Source of the DNA: Amoebophrya sp. A120
Lineage: Eukaryota > Protista > Dinoflagellata
Direction: 5' to 3'
Length of the DNA: 64,000 nucleotides
Assembly (NCBI GenBank): GCA_905178155.1
Contig: CAJINV010000020.1
Coordinates: forward strand, 124,001-188,000
Shown: positions 12,174-24,600 of the stretch, in pieces
Position numbering within the stretch: position 1 is the stretch's first letter
Layout: every line of letters starts with the position of its first letter
Position numbers and translations under genes: made by a program
The notes under the pieces: generated by a model
The model's input: only the letters and a program-made list of their open reading frames with translations
The model's database searches: none
What the model was told of the DNA's origin: nothing

Positions 12174-12686
12174 ACTTTATTTTGAGTGTGAGCTTTTTCT
12201 GATCGCGCAGCAAATTTCTACCTACTAATTCGCTTGTGAAAACTCTTCAAATTTTGCTTGCAATCTTTACACTCTGCGTTGTGCAGCTGCCGCTGCCCGA
12301 CTCCTGCCAGTCTCTCATACAAGAAAAGCAGAAGCAACCGCAAGTCTAAGGTCAATTACACAGCTTCATCTTTATCTTGAGTCAAGACGACATTGTTGAG
12401 AATAAGAAAAGCACGCGGCTGTCCTTTTTGTGTGGTTTCATTCAACACTATCTTTTCTATCACACAGAAGAACATCCTTCAATGAAAGAACATGTGACAG
12501 GGACAAGACAACTGACACGCTTACGTCATCTTGGCAAAAATCCGCCAAATGGAGTACTTATAGCGACCCTGCAACAATTTAAACTACAGGCACACGGCCG
12601 CGCACAGGCAGTGATATAATCATTTGAGGTTTCAGTTCACACCATACTTCACAGCGACGACAACCATGATCATTCTCAACTGGATC

Positions 12687-15600
12687 TCACCCCAGCAGGT
12701 CCCTCGTTGTCTTCCTCCGTTTGCGTCGTAGTTCCTCAGAATCACTGGACGAGGCATCATCTTCCACGATGAAGTCGTCAGCGGCCGTCCGCGGTTTTCG
12801 CTTTGCGGCCCCCTTCGCCTTGCTGGCCTTCGCCTTTCCTGTAGTCCCACGACCCGCGGCCCCCGCCGCTTTGCTTGCTTTATTTGCATTTCCCCCCGAC
12901 GTTGGCGGCGGTTTTTTCATCCCCGAGTGTAGCTTAGATGTTCCCGCAGATGCAGAAACAAGTTGTGGAGGCTGCACATGATCACCCGCAGCAACTTTCT
13001 GCATAGAAGCTGCTGCACCTGCTGTGCCGGCTGCACCTTGTTGTAGGTGGCTCCCCAGCAAACCACTCGTCTCGGACCGTTTCCGCTGGGCGGCGGAGGC
13101 CTTCGCCGCCCTGGCGGCCGCACCACCGCCGGGCAAAATGATTTTTCCCGGGTCCAGCGGAGGCATGTTTTTGGCCGGGTAGTTGTTATCCGGAACTTCC
13201 GGGGCGCCCCGAATTCGCAAAATGGGCTTGCTGCGAGCCACCGCCGAGGAGGCTTGTTTTGCTGGACCGGGGGGGACATCATGAGCAGCTGCACCGGGCT
13301 TCATCCCGCCTCTCTCCGTCTGGTTGTTCATCGCCGTGTTGTTCTTCCCAGGCAGCGTGATCCTGCCCACCTGCAGGCTCAACTGCTGGTGCAGCGGTTG
13401 TTGCGCTTCTCCCGCCCCGCCCCGACCTGCGGTCGCGCGCAGGTGGGTCTCCACCGAGCGGCGCTGCGACTCGTGCTCGAGCGCTAGGTTTGCGCGGTCA
13501 ATCTCGGATCCGAGTCGGTTGCCCCAGGCTTTGCTCCCGGCGGCCAGGGAGCGCTTCGGCTGATGCTGCTGCGTGTAGTTCTTATTTCCGTGGTGCTGGG
13601 CGTCGAGGGTGTTGTTCTGGAAGGTGAAAGGTTCCCGTCTGATCAATGCTGCATTTTGCTGATGTTGGTCACCAACACTTATGTCGAACAGCGGACGCAC
13701 GGCGGACTCGACCTCTTGCTCCAGTTCATTCGGCGTGGGAGAGATCATGTGGTGAATGCGCGCGTCAATCACGTTTCCATTTGCATCCCTCAGCGGCGCA
13801 CCAGCAGCTTCATGGAGGTTCTTGAAGTTGTTTTGCTGGTGGTGCGACTGGGCACTAGAAGTACCAGGTTTGGTATTCTGGTGCGCAGAAGAGCTGCTGT
13901 TTCCCGTCGGGAGAAGATGTTGAACTGCAGCGCCTCTTGGGGACGCGGCGCCGCGCCCTCCTGCGCCGGAAATTGGTATCCCAGGGTGCTGGTGGGCCAG
14001 CACTCCAACTGCGCTACTAGCAGGTGGCTGGCCAAACTTTTCCCGAAACGCTTCTTCGCGATCCAGGCCAGGTTTCGCTTCCTGCAGGAACTTTTGCCAC
14101 ACGTGCTTGGAAAAGTAGTCTTCCATACTTTCCGGCGCGTCTAGGATATTGATATCCTCGTCGATGGTACTGCTGTTTGCTGGCAGGGAGAAACTACTAC
14201 TACTACCTAGATCCACAAACCGCACGAACCCCGCCCGGAAATCCGAGAGAAATTGCGCCTCGGGGGGCAGGATCTCGCCCAACCGGTGTGGCGAAAGTCC
14301 CGAGTTCGACGCGAATTGCGCGGCGGAGGGACCACGGTCCGCCGCCTTCAAGTCGTGGGAGGTGCCGGTGTCGTTGGCAGCTTTCGAAAGTACAGCCTTA
14401 CTAGTACTACCGGATGAATGTTGCAGCATCTCCTCCTTGCTCAACAACATTCTGTGCTGGTGCGCGGCTCCGGTGGACCTCGCAGCAGTCGCGGCGCCGA
14501 GCTTCCCGAGGTAGTGGAGCACCGCGCCCGTCGCGCGGTCGCAGACCAGACAGAGATGCAGCAGAAACCGCCCTGCGGCCCGCCACATCGGCAGGCGGTA
14601 CCGGTCGTACAGCGTCCGCCACTGCGCCTTGAATGCCGCCTTGAGCTCTGCAGTGCCGGCGTCGTACCGGCTTTCCGCGCTGCGCAGCACCTTTCTGAAC
14701 GCCCGCCTCCTCGCCTTGTTGAAGCGGGCTACCTCGGCTTCGTGAAGACGAGCAGTGCCGATCGTTGCAAACAACATACTGTTTGAACCAGTGGAGTTCG
14801 GTGACTTCGCGTCGGGATTTTGCTTTTCCTGGCTTTCCATTTGTTTTGCCAAAAGTTCGCGCAGTTCCTGTTGCAAAGCCACACGCTCGACCAGCTCGTT
14901 ATGGTTCTCGAGGAGAAAGTGCCGCTGTTGCGGCCGCGGACTGCGCAGAACGTGTACCCGCTGCACGTGCTGGAGGCTGGCGGTGCTATCAAGTGGTTTG
15001 CTCGGATTTTTTTCTTTCAGGTCGCCCACGGCGCTAGTGTTCGATGTCGCACCACCTAGTAGTTGTGCTTGTACAGGACCAACTGCAGCACCTCCACCAA
15101 CCTGTTCCAGAGCCGGCGTGAGGGGCGGCGAGTCGATGGAGGGTTGCACAACCCCCGCGCGCCCTGAAAACAGCATGTGTTGCAGGACATGATCTGAGAT
15201 ATCCGGGTACCAAATCCCCCGACTGGCCAAGTGGTGCTGCTGCTCCTGCTGGAGAGCCACGCTGTTGTTATTCCCCGTGGCCCCACCGCCGCGTTTACTG
15301 GACCGCGCCGTCTGCGGCCCCTCGTCAGCCGAGGCGGCCGCACTCGAGCCCCGCGCACTTCGACCGCCGACCGAGCGCCGATCGGATTGGCGGTGGCGGA
15401 GGTTGAGGTCCCCTTGCTGCAGTTCATCCTCGGCGCCGCTGCTAGAAGAGAACACGGCCTTCGCGGATGCGAACTCCCGCTTGGCATACCACTCCTTCTT
15501 GCGCGCTCGCTGCGAATCCGAGTCCGACGACAGGTCTGAATGTTCCGAGCTGGTGCGCCGAGCCGAGGAGGACGAGGTACTGATTCCGTCCGAGGAGGTG

Positions 15601-18600
15601 AAGTCGGAGTCGCTCTCCGAATCTTCCGACGACGAGGAAAATTCGTGCTTCGAACTACGGGCGCTCCTGCTGGAAAGAACGTCGTGCTTGCTTGTTGTAG
15701 TTCCGGCTTTAACGATGGATGCACTCGTCGCTCTTCCCCTAGTACCCACTCTACCACTGTTCTTCTTGCTTCCACCATTTCTGGTCGTCTTCTTCGATGC
15801 TTTTGCGCGGTACTTGACGCGCAACAGCTTCCCCGGGATTTTCGCGGCGCCGCGCTTCATCAGAAAAAAGCGGATCAGTTCCTGTTCGTAGCAAAGCTCG
15901 TAATCTACCTTGAGCAACTCAAGAAATTGCGCGATCAGGCTCACTGCGATTTCGGCAAGGCCCAATTGGTGCTCGGGGGCTAGGGTGCTTCTATTCGAAT
16001 CAGTGCAGGACACGAGAGAATCCACAACCTGGAACAACAGGGGGAAGTTTCGCAACCAGCAGGTCTGCCAGTCACACACGAGCGAATTCGAGAGCCACTC
16101 AAGGGCCAGTCTGCGCGCAGGAAGTCCTGCGTCGTGGGGAAGCAGGGAAAGAACGGGATTTTTTTCGGAAGAAGAAGGATTTAGTACTCCCGTAGTTGCT
16201 AGCGATGCTGCTGCGCCGCCTTTTTGGTGAAAATCGTCGTGACCTGCGACCATGAGCTGGCGTGCTGTAGCGATGACGGCACTTTCGACGAATAGTTGTG
16301 TGATATTTTTCGTGGTCGCGGTTGGAATCTCTGTGTCTTTCTTTGTGCCTTCGGTTATACTATCAGGACCGCGTCGCTGAAGCTTCTGCGGTAAATTCAG
16401 AACCTCCTGCTCCTGTGCCAATAACATGGATTCGTAAAACCGAATCGTAGCTACGACGTAAACCGCCTCTCGCGTTGAGCGATCCGGAAACCAGGGCGGA
16501 ATCTCCTCGCTATCCCGTACAAGTAGGCTGCTTCCAGAAACAAACTCTTTGACTAACAGACCGGCCAAGTTCAAATCGCTTTCCACAAATCGAATAAAAG
16601 CCTCTGCTGTCTGCTGCATTTTACCCGCAGGGGACGACGTTGTGTCTTTTCCTTTTCCCTGCTGCAATTCCTTCTTATTTTCCTCGGTCATCAGCGCGTC
16701 TAAATCGAAGCTTGCTTGGTGCTTCAGCGGAACCGGGCTCTTCTTGTTCGGGGCCTTTGAAAGAACCCCGGCGGAGGTTCTCGACGCAGTAGTAGCAGTT
16801 CCGAGCAAAACGATCTTCGCTTCTTGCTCCGCCGACAACGGCTGCACTTCGCTGGCCAGAATCGCCTTTACGTCCGAAGCGCTCGGCCGCTTTGGCAAGT
16901 CAACAGCGGATGGCGACTGTACCCCGTTCATCTTCTCATCGACCAGTGATGTATTTTGGCCCGCCGCAACCGCGCCTGCTTCTCCCGTACTAGCCTGCTC
17001 TACTAGCGCAGGCGGTTGCATTGCGGTCAGCAGTTTCCCTTGCAGGTTGTGGAAATCCAGCAGCCAGGCCACGGAAAGGAGCGCCTTCACCAAGGGCAAG
17101 CCGGTTATCAGCATTTGGATTTGGTGCGCACCGTCATTACCATTCCAAACTCGCCAAGTATGGATTGCAAAAATGTCTGGGTCTGGAGTGTAATGCTGGT
17201 CTTGCATTCCAATTCCTGTGAAATCTGTATTGCGTGACCAAGAACAGTGGTGGCTCCTTATGTCCTCATACAAAAACGCAGAGTCTCATGCGGAGTTCGT
17301 ATGAGAAGGCGTGCTGTAATCTTGTCATGCTTTCCTACATAAGGAAGTGAATTCCTCTTGCACATTTTAGCATCACAAATTTCCAGACCCAGACATCTTT
17401 ACATTTCGTACCAAGTGAGACACTGCAACATGGGTTCCACCAGCCACTCGCGGTGCCCGATGGCCTCACGCAGCGTCTCGTTGCCGCTCTGCTGCAGGGC
17501 CTTCTGCTCCGCGTGGCGCTTTTTCACCTCCTCCAGGTCATTGTTATCGCTGCTGCTTGCCAGCGACGACACCGCGTGCATGATGTAGATGGAATCCGTC
17601 TCCTTGCTGCTTTGCACCGCTGCGGCGCGCCCGTGCCCGCTCTTCGATGTCACCGTGCTGGCCATCGCGCGGACGGGAACCAGCTGCTGGCTCGCACCAT
17701 GCAGCACGTTCGTTGTTCCAGTCGCCCCTGCGTTTGTACCGCGCACGCTGCCAGTAGTCCTGCCGTTTGTAGTGCCATCTGGTCCATTTCCTGGTACACC
17801 GCTACCATAGTTCAGCTGTTGCGCGGCCCCCGCCGCCGTCTTGAGCCTTTTCGACGATCGGTGGTCGTGGTGGTGCCCAGACAAAGCATTATTTTTGTAG
17901 CTTTCTAAACCGCTCCCCGCGTTCTGCCCGCCCGACACGCCGGAGCGAGCGGCCTCGGACGCGAGACCCATGAACGGCGTCACGCCCACACTGGACTCCG
18001 CCTCCTTCTTGACTGTCTGCTTCTGCAGCAAGGAACGCACTATACACTGCAAACATGTGGTCTGAATCAGGAAAGCTGCAAATTTCTCATGCTGCCATTG
18101 AATTCTACGAAAATTTGTGTTGTATGAACAGCACGCAAGTTGATTTCGCTGCACAACTACAAGACGGCATTTCTCATGCGAGGTAGGCATCACGAAGCTC
18201 CCGGCAACTCTGTGATGTTACGGCATACATCACAGACGTTGTGCGTTAGGTAGAAAGTGCATGACAAATTTCTGCATTTGCGAGAGGACTACATGTTTGC
18301 ATTAGATACGCACGCGCTCGTCCGGCGTGATCCGCTCCGACACCCGCTGTTTTGCCTCCAACTCGTTATATTGCGTCAAATTCGCGGTGTTCAGCTTCAA
18401 AGTCGATGTACGGTTTTGCTGCTGCTGCGAGGTGGATCCGTGCGCCTGCCGCGCCAGTTGTGAATGTCCTCCTCCTCCTGCATGGAGACTGCGACTCCCG
18501 TGTTCGCTGTCCAGGAACGACAAGTGCCCGTCGTCCGAAAGGCGCTCACGGTCCTCCTCCTCGAAGGGAAGAGCAACTTCCTGCCCGATGTCGTCGACGT

Positions 18601-21600
18601 CGTAGAAGGGCAGTAGGGGCGGCAATCCGTGCAACTTTTCCTCTTCGTCCTCGTCCTCGACGACAATGTGAGCGTTCGCCGCTTCGACCGGTGCGTTGTA
18701 ATTGTAGCTGTATTCCTCGTCGTCAAACGAACTGAATTCCTGGTCCTCCATCGACTTCAATCGCTTCAAGGTGCTGGTGTTGTTGTTCTTCATCTCGCTA
18801 GAAGTACTTTGCTTCATGTTGATGTTCTGGCCACTTTGGCTCTGATTTTCAACAACATCAAAGGGTGTTGCATCAAGTAGATCTACTTCGCGCTCGCCCG
18901 GACCGGGCGGTACCTGCATGATCGGGTTTTCCAAAAGTTTGTCCTTTTCGTTCATTATAACCTGCTCAGGTCGTGTTACAATCTCAAACGTTACAATAGA
19001 GTCTGGAAATCTGTGATGCAAGAGCTGCATGATCTAGCCAAGTCCCATCGGATTGCGCATGACAAGTTTCGGAGTCCGCAACCGCACTACAATCTGGCGA
19101 AATTTGTATTGCAGAAACGGGAATGCTGTCCGAGTCTATCATGCTCGTCATGCAATACAAAATCCAGATTCTATTGTAACGTTTGAGATTGTAACGTTTG
19201 AGCAGGTCATATTCATTTTCTCGATCTTCTCGATTTGCAGGTCGTCGTCTATCCTGTGTAAAAACGTCCCCACACCAGAGTCAAGATGGGGAATCTGCTA
19301 GACAAATCAGCCAACTTTGCTTGTTTGGCATGACAAGTTTGTCCGCGTAGTGTACTCCTGTTTAGTTACTTAAGAAGCATCACAGATCTAGCATAGAATG
19401 CTGACTCTAGCATCACATACTCCAAAACCCGACTGGAAAATGCTTCGCATAGGGCTCCGCATAAGAAACTTTTTTGGCATGCGGAATTGCATCACAACTA
19501 TGGGGTGGGGACGTTTTTACTCAGAATATCGTCGTCATCGTCCTCATCCTCCTCATCTGCGGTGAACTTCGACGAGGAACTAGAGCTGGATCTATTACCA
19601 CTTTTCGGCGACATAATTGGAATTGCGTTGCTGGTGGGAGATAAAATTTTCTTCTCCAACTTGTTCTCCTTTGTTCCAGGCTTGCCGAAGAAGAAAGCTG
19701 GATCCAGATCGAACGACTCCACTCGTTCCGCGACAGTGGCCGGAAAGAACTGGTCGCGGGTCGTGTTCATGCTTTGTCCAGCACCGGAAACAAAATCATG
19801 CTTGGAAGTTGTACTAGTAGCTCCTCCTGTTGGATTCGAAGTCTGATTGAGAACTTTCGACGACGACCGCCCTTGCAGCTGGTGCATTTCCGCGACCAGA
19901 GCGTCATATCAAATGCAAAAGTGTCTGGGTCTGGATGATTGCAACTTGTCATGCTAAATCTGAATCAGGCAAAAAACTGTGTTGCATGATTGCCAGAAGT
20001 TGTGCACTTTTGACCCAATCGAGAGGCAGTCTCTCATGCAGGATAGGCATTAGAAAGGTCCCGCAGAATCTGTCATGCTATGTCCTACATACCAGACTTC
20101 ATGGGTCATGGCAAATCTGCATGACAAATCTGGCAATCTTCCCGACCCAGACATTTTTGCAATCCATACGTCATACAACGTGACGAAGTCGGCTTCCGGG
20201 CGGCGAACGCGGAAATACCGGCGCTTCAGCCCGGCGACGAGCGGCTGCTCTCGTTGCTCGATCTGCTGGTTGTTCTCCACCGCTTTTTATGAAGTCACAA
20301 AATACAAAAAGGTGACAGGTAAAAACCTCGAATATAATCGAAATCCCGCAGTTTTATTTTGCCAATTTTGGTTGTTGGGAGGTGGTTTTTGGAAAGTAGG
20401 GGGGTTGGTTTATTTCGGGAGGTGTTTTTTTTTGTCGACGGGCAAAGAACCTACTGACACCGAGAGGAAGGCGCTTCGGTTTCCAGATGAAGGCGATTCA
20501 ATTTCTAGACGAAGGCAACTGAGTTTCCAGATGAAGGCAATTCAATTTGCCGACTAAGGCGCTCAATCTGCCAAATTTGGTTTTGAAGAGCTGATTTCTG
20601 CGCTCGCGTTTTTTGTTGTAAACGAAAAAAACCTTACAGAGACCTAGACCCCTGCAGAAGTCCTTGACCTTACAGAGACCTAGACAGAAGTTGCCGTGCA
20701 GAAGTCCTTGAGCTTTCTCCAGAATTCGCTGACTTCCCTGCGCATCTGCACCGAAACCCGCAAGCACCTTCGCAGAGAGCATTTGCTCACGGATCGCGGT
20801 GAAAAAGCTTCGCGCTGGGTTGTGGTGAAAAGGGCGATCCCGTTTTCGGTGAGGATGGCTTAGGTTTTTCCGATGTTTGGCTAAGGACTCAGCGCCGTGA
20901 AAAAGCTCACTCGGGCGCTGGTGCTCATGCGTTTTGTAGGCGGAGGCCTGATCTCAGTAAGCTGCTTTTTCGTTTATAAAAAAGAAAACGAACGCAAAAG
21001 CCGCTGGCTTTTCCGTTCGTATTCTTGGTTTTCGAGAGGTGGCCAACCTCTCGAAAACCGAAGTCGGCAGATTGAATCACCTTGGTCGGCAAATCGAATC
21101 GCCTTAGTCGGGAAATTGAGTGGCCTTTTTCTCGGTGTTAGTAAGTTGTTTTTCCGCCTACAAAAAAAAAATAGCGGCCGGAAAACAGCCTCCCTACCTT
21201 CCCAAAACCACCTCCCGAAAACCGAAATCGGCGAAATAAAACTGCGAGATTTCGACTCTATTCAGGAAATTTACCTGTCCCCTTTTTGTATTTTGTGCGT
21301 TCATACCGCTTTTGTTCGCAGCGCAAGCGGCTGCTCTCGTTGCTCGATCTGCTGGTTGTTCTCCACCGCTTTTGTTTACAGCTTGGATGGCCATTAGATT
21401 TCTCTGCGGTGAATTTCGCGTGATTTTAGGGGTCTGCACGAATTTGATAGGTGGCGCTGCGAATATTATATTTTCTCCCGGAAATATCGACATCCACCCG
21501 ACGGAATAGTCGTAGCGACGTAAGTTCCAAAAGGCTTCCGGTGGTGGCGGAATTTTTCCAGCAAAAAAAAGACCGGGATGGGGCGCCTCAGTGTGTAGTT

Positions 21601-24600
21601 GTCATTGTCATTGTCAGCGCCCCACCCTTAGGATGATGGGTTGCGAAATAGCTTCGCGCAGTTGCTTTTGTTTTCTAAATGCTTCGGATGGCTTGTCGGG
21701 CTCGGGCGCCTGATCTGTCAGACGCCTTCTCTGCTGCGGCAAGTCATAGCAATTCAATGCCTCGCGCGGCCTTGTGGCGTGCTTGCATTTTGTTGGTTTT
21801 GTATTTGTGCGTGCATGCGCCAAATGTTTCGTATTTTCTGAAGCAAATGCGCGGTGATCGTTTTGAGTGTGGTTCTCCGACTCCGGTGAATTTAGAAATG
21901 AATGCAAAATGAGTGTTGATTTGGTGATGGTCTGGAATCCAGAATCAGGTCGGGGTGAATTTAGGAAATCACAAAAAATTCCTAAATTCACCGCCCACCA
22001 ATTTCTAAATTCACCGCCAAACTCACCGATCGCAGCATACCATCGGTAAAGGGGGTACTTTAAAGCGGGTTTTTCGCGCGAAACAGCACGGCACTCCACA
22101 TCGCGATTTTGTTGTCCAAAATTGAAACGCTGAAGTTGAACTGTTAAGAAGGAAAGGATAAAGTCATGAAACCACCAAAAGACTTGCTTCGCGAAAAAAG
22201 GCGCGGAAAAATGTGGTAGGTTGGGCGTTGCCGGGACGGGGATTGCAATCAATGTCAGGGAGCCGTGGTGACGAGCCCCGTGTCGCCATCACCTCTATTT
22301 GTGCTAGGCCTTGCCCCGTGAACCATAACCACCCGAAAGACCGGCCCCGCGATTCTATGCCACCTCTAAAATCACTCGAAATTCACCGCCCCTATATCTA
22401 ATGGGCGTCCAAGCTGTAAGCTTGCTCTCGTTGCTCGCCCTGCTGGTTGTTCTCCACCGCTTTTGCTCGCAGCGCGTGATTTTGCAGGTTATTTCGGTTG
22501 AGCGCGGCGGCCATTTGACCCTTTGGGTTGTTCTTACCACTGTTGTTGCTGTTCGCGTTATTTCTGGACAGCTGCGTGCTATCACGACCACGACCCTGCA
22601 CAGAATTTGTTGTTCCGATTGCTTGGACCGCGGCTAGTTTCAGGGTCTGGCCGGCGTGTGGAAGATGGGGTTCATCTCTGCCCGTCTTGATGTCGTTGTT
22701 CAAAAATTCCCCTTGTAGTTCCCCTGTCTGTTTGTTGTTTTTACCCACCTGTTGTAGTTGTGCTGAGGAGGAAGAATGTGCTCCCACGACCGCGCTGTCC
22801 GATGTGTAGTCTTCGTCGCTGGTCCCATCGTCAAACACTTTGGAACTCGAGCGGGTCCGGTTTTGTCCCCTCTTGCTGGACGCTTTCGCGTTGCTGTCGT
22901 CCTCGTTGTCAGGCGGCGACTGCAGCTGGAGCGATCGCAGTCCGGGCGAGGACTTATTCTTCTCGGAATCTTCGTCTTCATCGCTCGTCAGTTCCAGGCT
23001 GCTACGCGACGTGGACCGGGATCTGGGCCGCCGATGATGATGAACCGCGCCGGAAGTGGTTTTCTTCGCCTGTTTCGAGGTATTACTCCTGCCCGAGCGA
23101 TTGGTAGTAGTCAACTTCGCCGAATGGGGCTGGTGCTCGACATAATCGTGTTGGTTTTGTCCTTTTTTGCTACTAATTGCGTTTTCTTTTTCGTCGATTT
23201 TATTTCCCTTGCCAGCATTTTTGCTGTTCATCACAACCTCAGCTGTAGTTCCACCTTGATGTTGCAGCGCAATGTTGCTGCTCGTCCCCACAACGGCACC
23301 TCCAGTACCTCCTCTTCCCCTCCTCCTTCCGCTCTTCGAGCCCCCTACGGAGTTATCGTCGCCCTGCTCGGAAACCGAAGCGCCCCCCGCGGCCGTGCTG
23401 GTGCCTCCGCGACCGCCCGCTTTGTTCAAAAATTCTTCGTCGCCCACCTCGGATAATACGGAGGGAAGCGCCCAGCTGGCCAACATGTCTTCTATCACGG
23501 GGAATTTGGAGCCGATGATGCCGATCTTGAGCACCAGCAGGAAACAGTTCGCGTCGATGGTGAGCATGTCCATCACTTGCAGCAAAAACTTCTTCAGATT
23601 CTGCCGCACCTGCAGTCGGTAGGTTTCGATCTTCCGCCGCCGCCGCTCCTCGAACTGCTCGCTGGTCACTTCGTACTCCTCCTCCCCGGGGAGCAAGAGC
23701 TCGGAATCTGCAAAATCCTCTTGCTCGATGTCGGAATCTATATGCATTGCAGAAGTATCAGTACTGGAATAAATGGCAATACAAATTCTCCCAAGACGAG
23801 AAAAAATGTAATTTGTAATGCTGATTTGCATTAGGCCATAGATCTGTCATGCATAACTGCTATTAGTAAGTACGTACGAGTACGATACTTATTTTATTGC
23901 GATTCATAATTCAAGTAGTCGTCCCAAAAGTCGTTGTTGAACGAGCCAACTCCCAGCGCGGCTGCGGTGTTTTGCAGTAAATGCGCGCCGGCTGCATAAT
24001 TTTTCTGCTCCGGGTCCCCGACAACCCCTCCGAGCGGCACGAGCGACCCGGTGGTGGTGGTTTTATACGGGACCGTGACCCGCCCGATGGTTGTCCAACA
24101 CAAGTGGTACAGCGCGACTTGCAGGTACAAACAGGCCCAGCTGTTGTGCCGGTTGTTCTCTTTCAAGAAGCGGATCATCTCGTTGCCGAGGATCTCCTTC
24201 AACTGTTCCGATTCGAAGATTTTTTGCTGCTGATAAAATTGCATCTTCTTGCTCTGCTTGTTCCTGTGTCTTTCAATTTTCGACGTTCTGAGGTTAATGT
24301 TGTTCCCCGTCGCCTGACCCGTGAAGTGGTTACCGGATGAACTAGACGAAGTGGTCAGGAACAACTCCGCCCCCGCGGGGATGCAACCGAGACTGTGGTC
24401 TTGGAAGTAGACGTTGTCGAACAAAATGTCGAATTTCCGGCTGCGCACCAAGGACGCCAGAAACTTGCGGCACGTGCGGGTGAACACCAGGTAGTTCTGG
24501 CTGGCGTTCAGAGACAACTCCGTTTGCCCGGTCTCGGCCAAAAACTCCAGCATCGCGGTGATCAGGCGGCTGGTGTTTTCCCCCGACCGGTCCAGCGTCA

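Noticed and set aside
20288-22418. ORFs within the 1-kb elements as candidate transposases (e.g. 21614-22252, 20897-21397)
   Set aside because: Short, no recognisable DDE or recombinase motifs, and they overlap TIR repeats.
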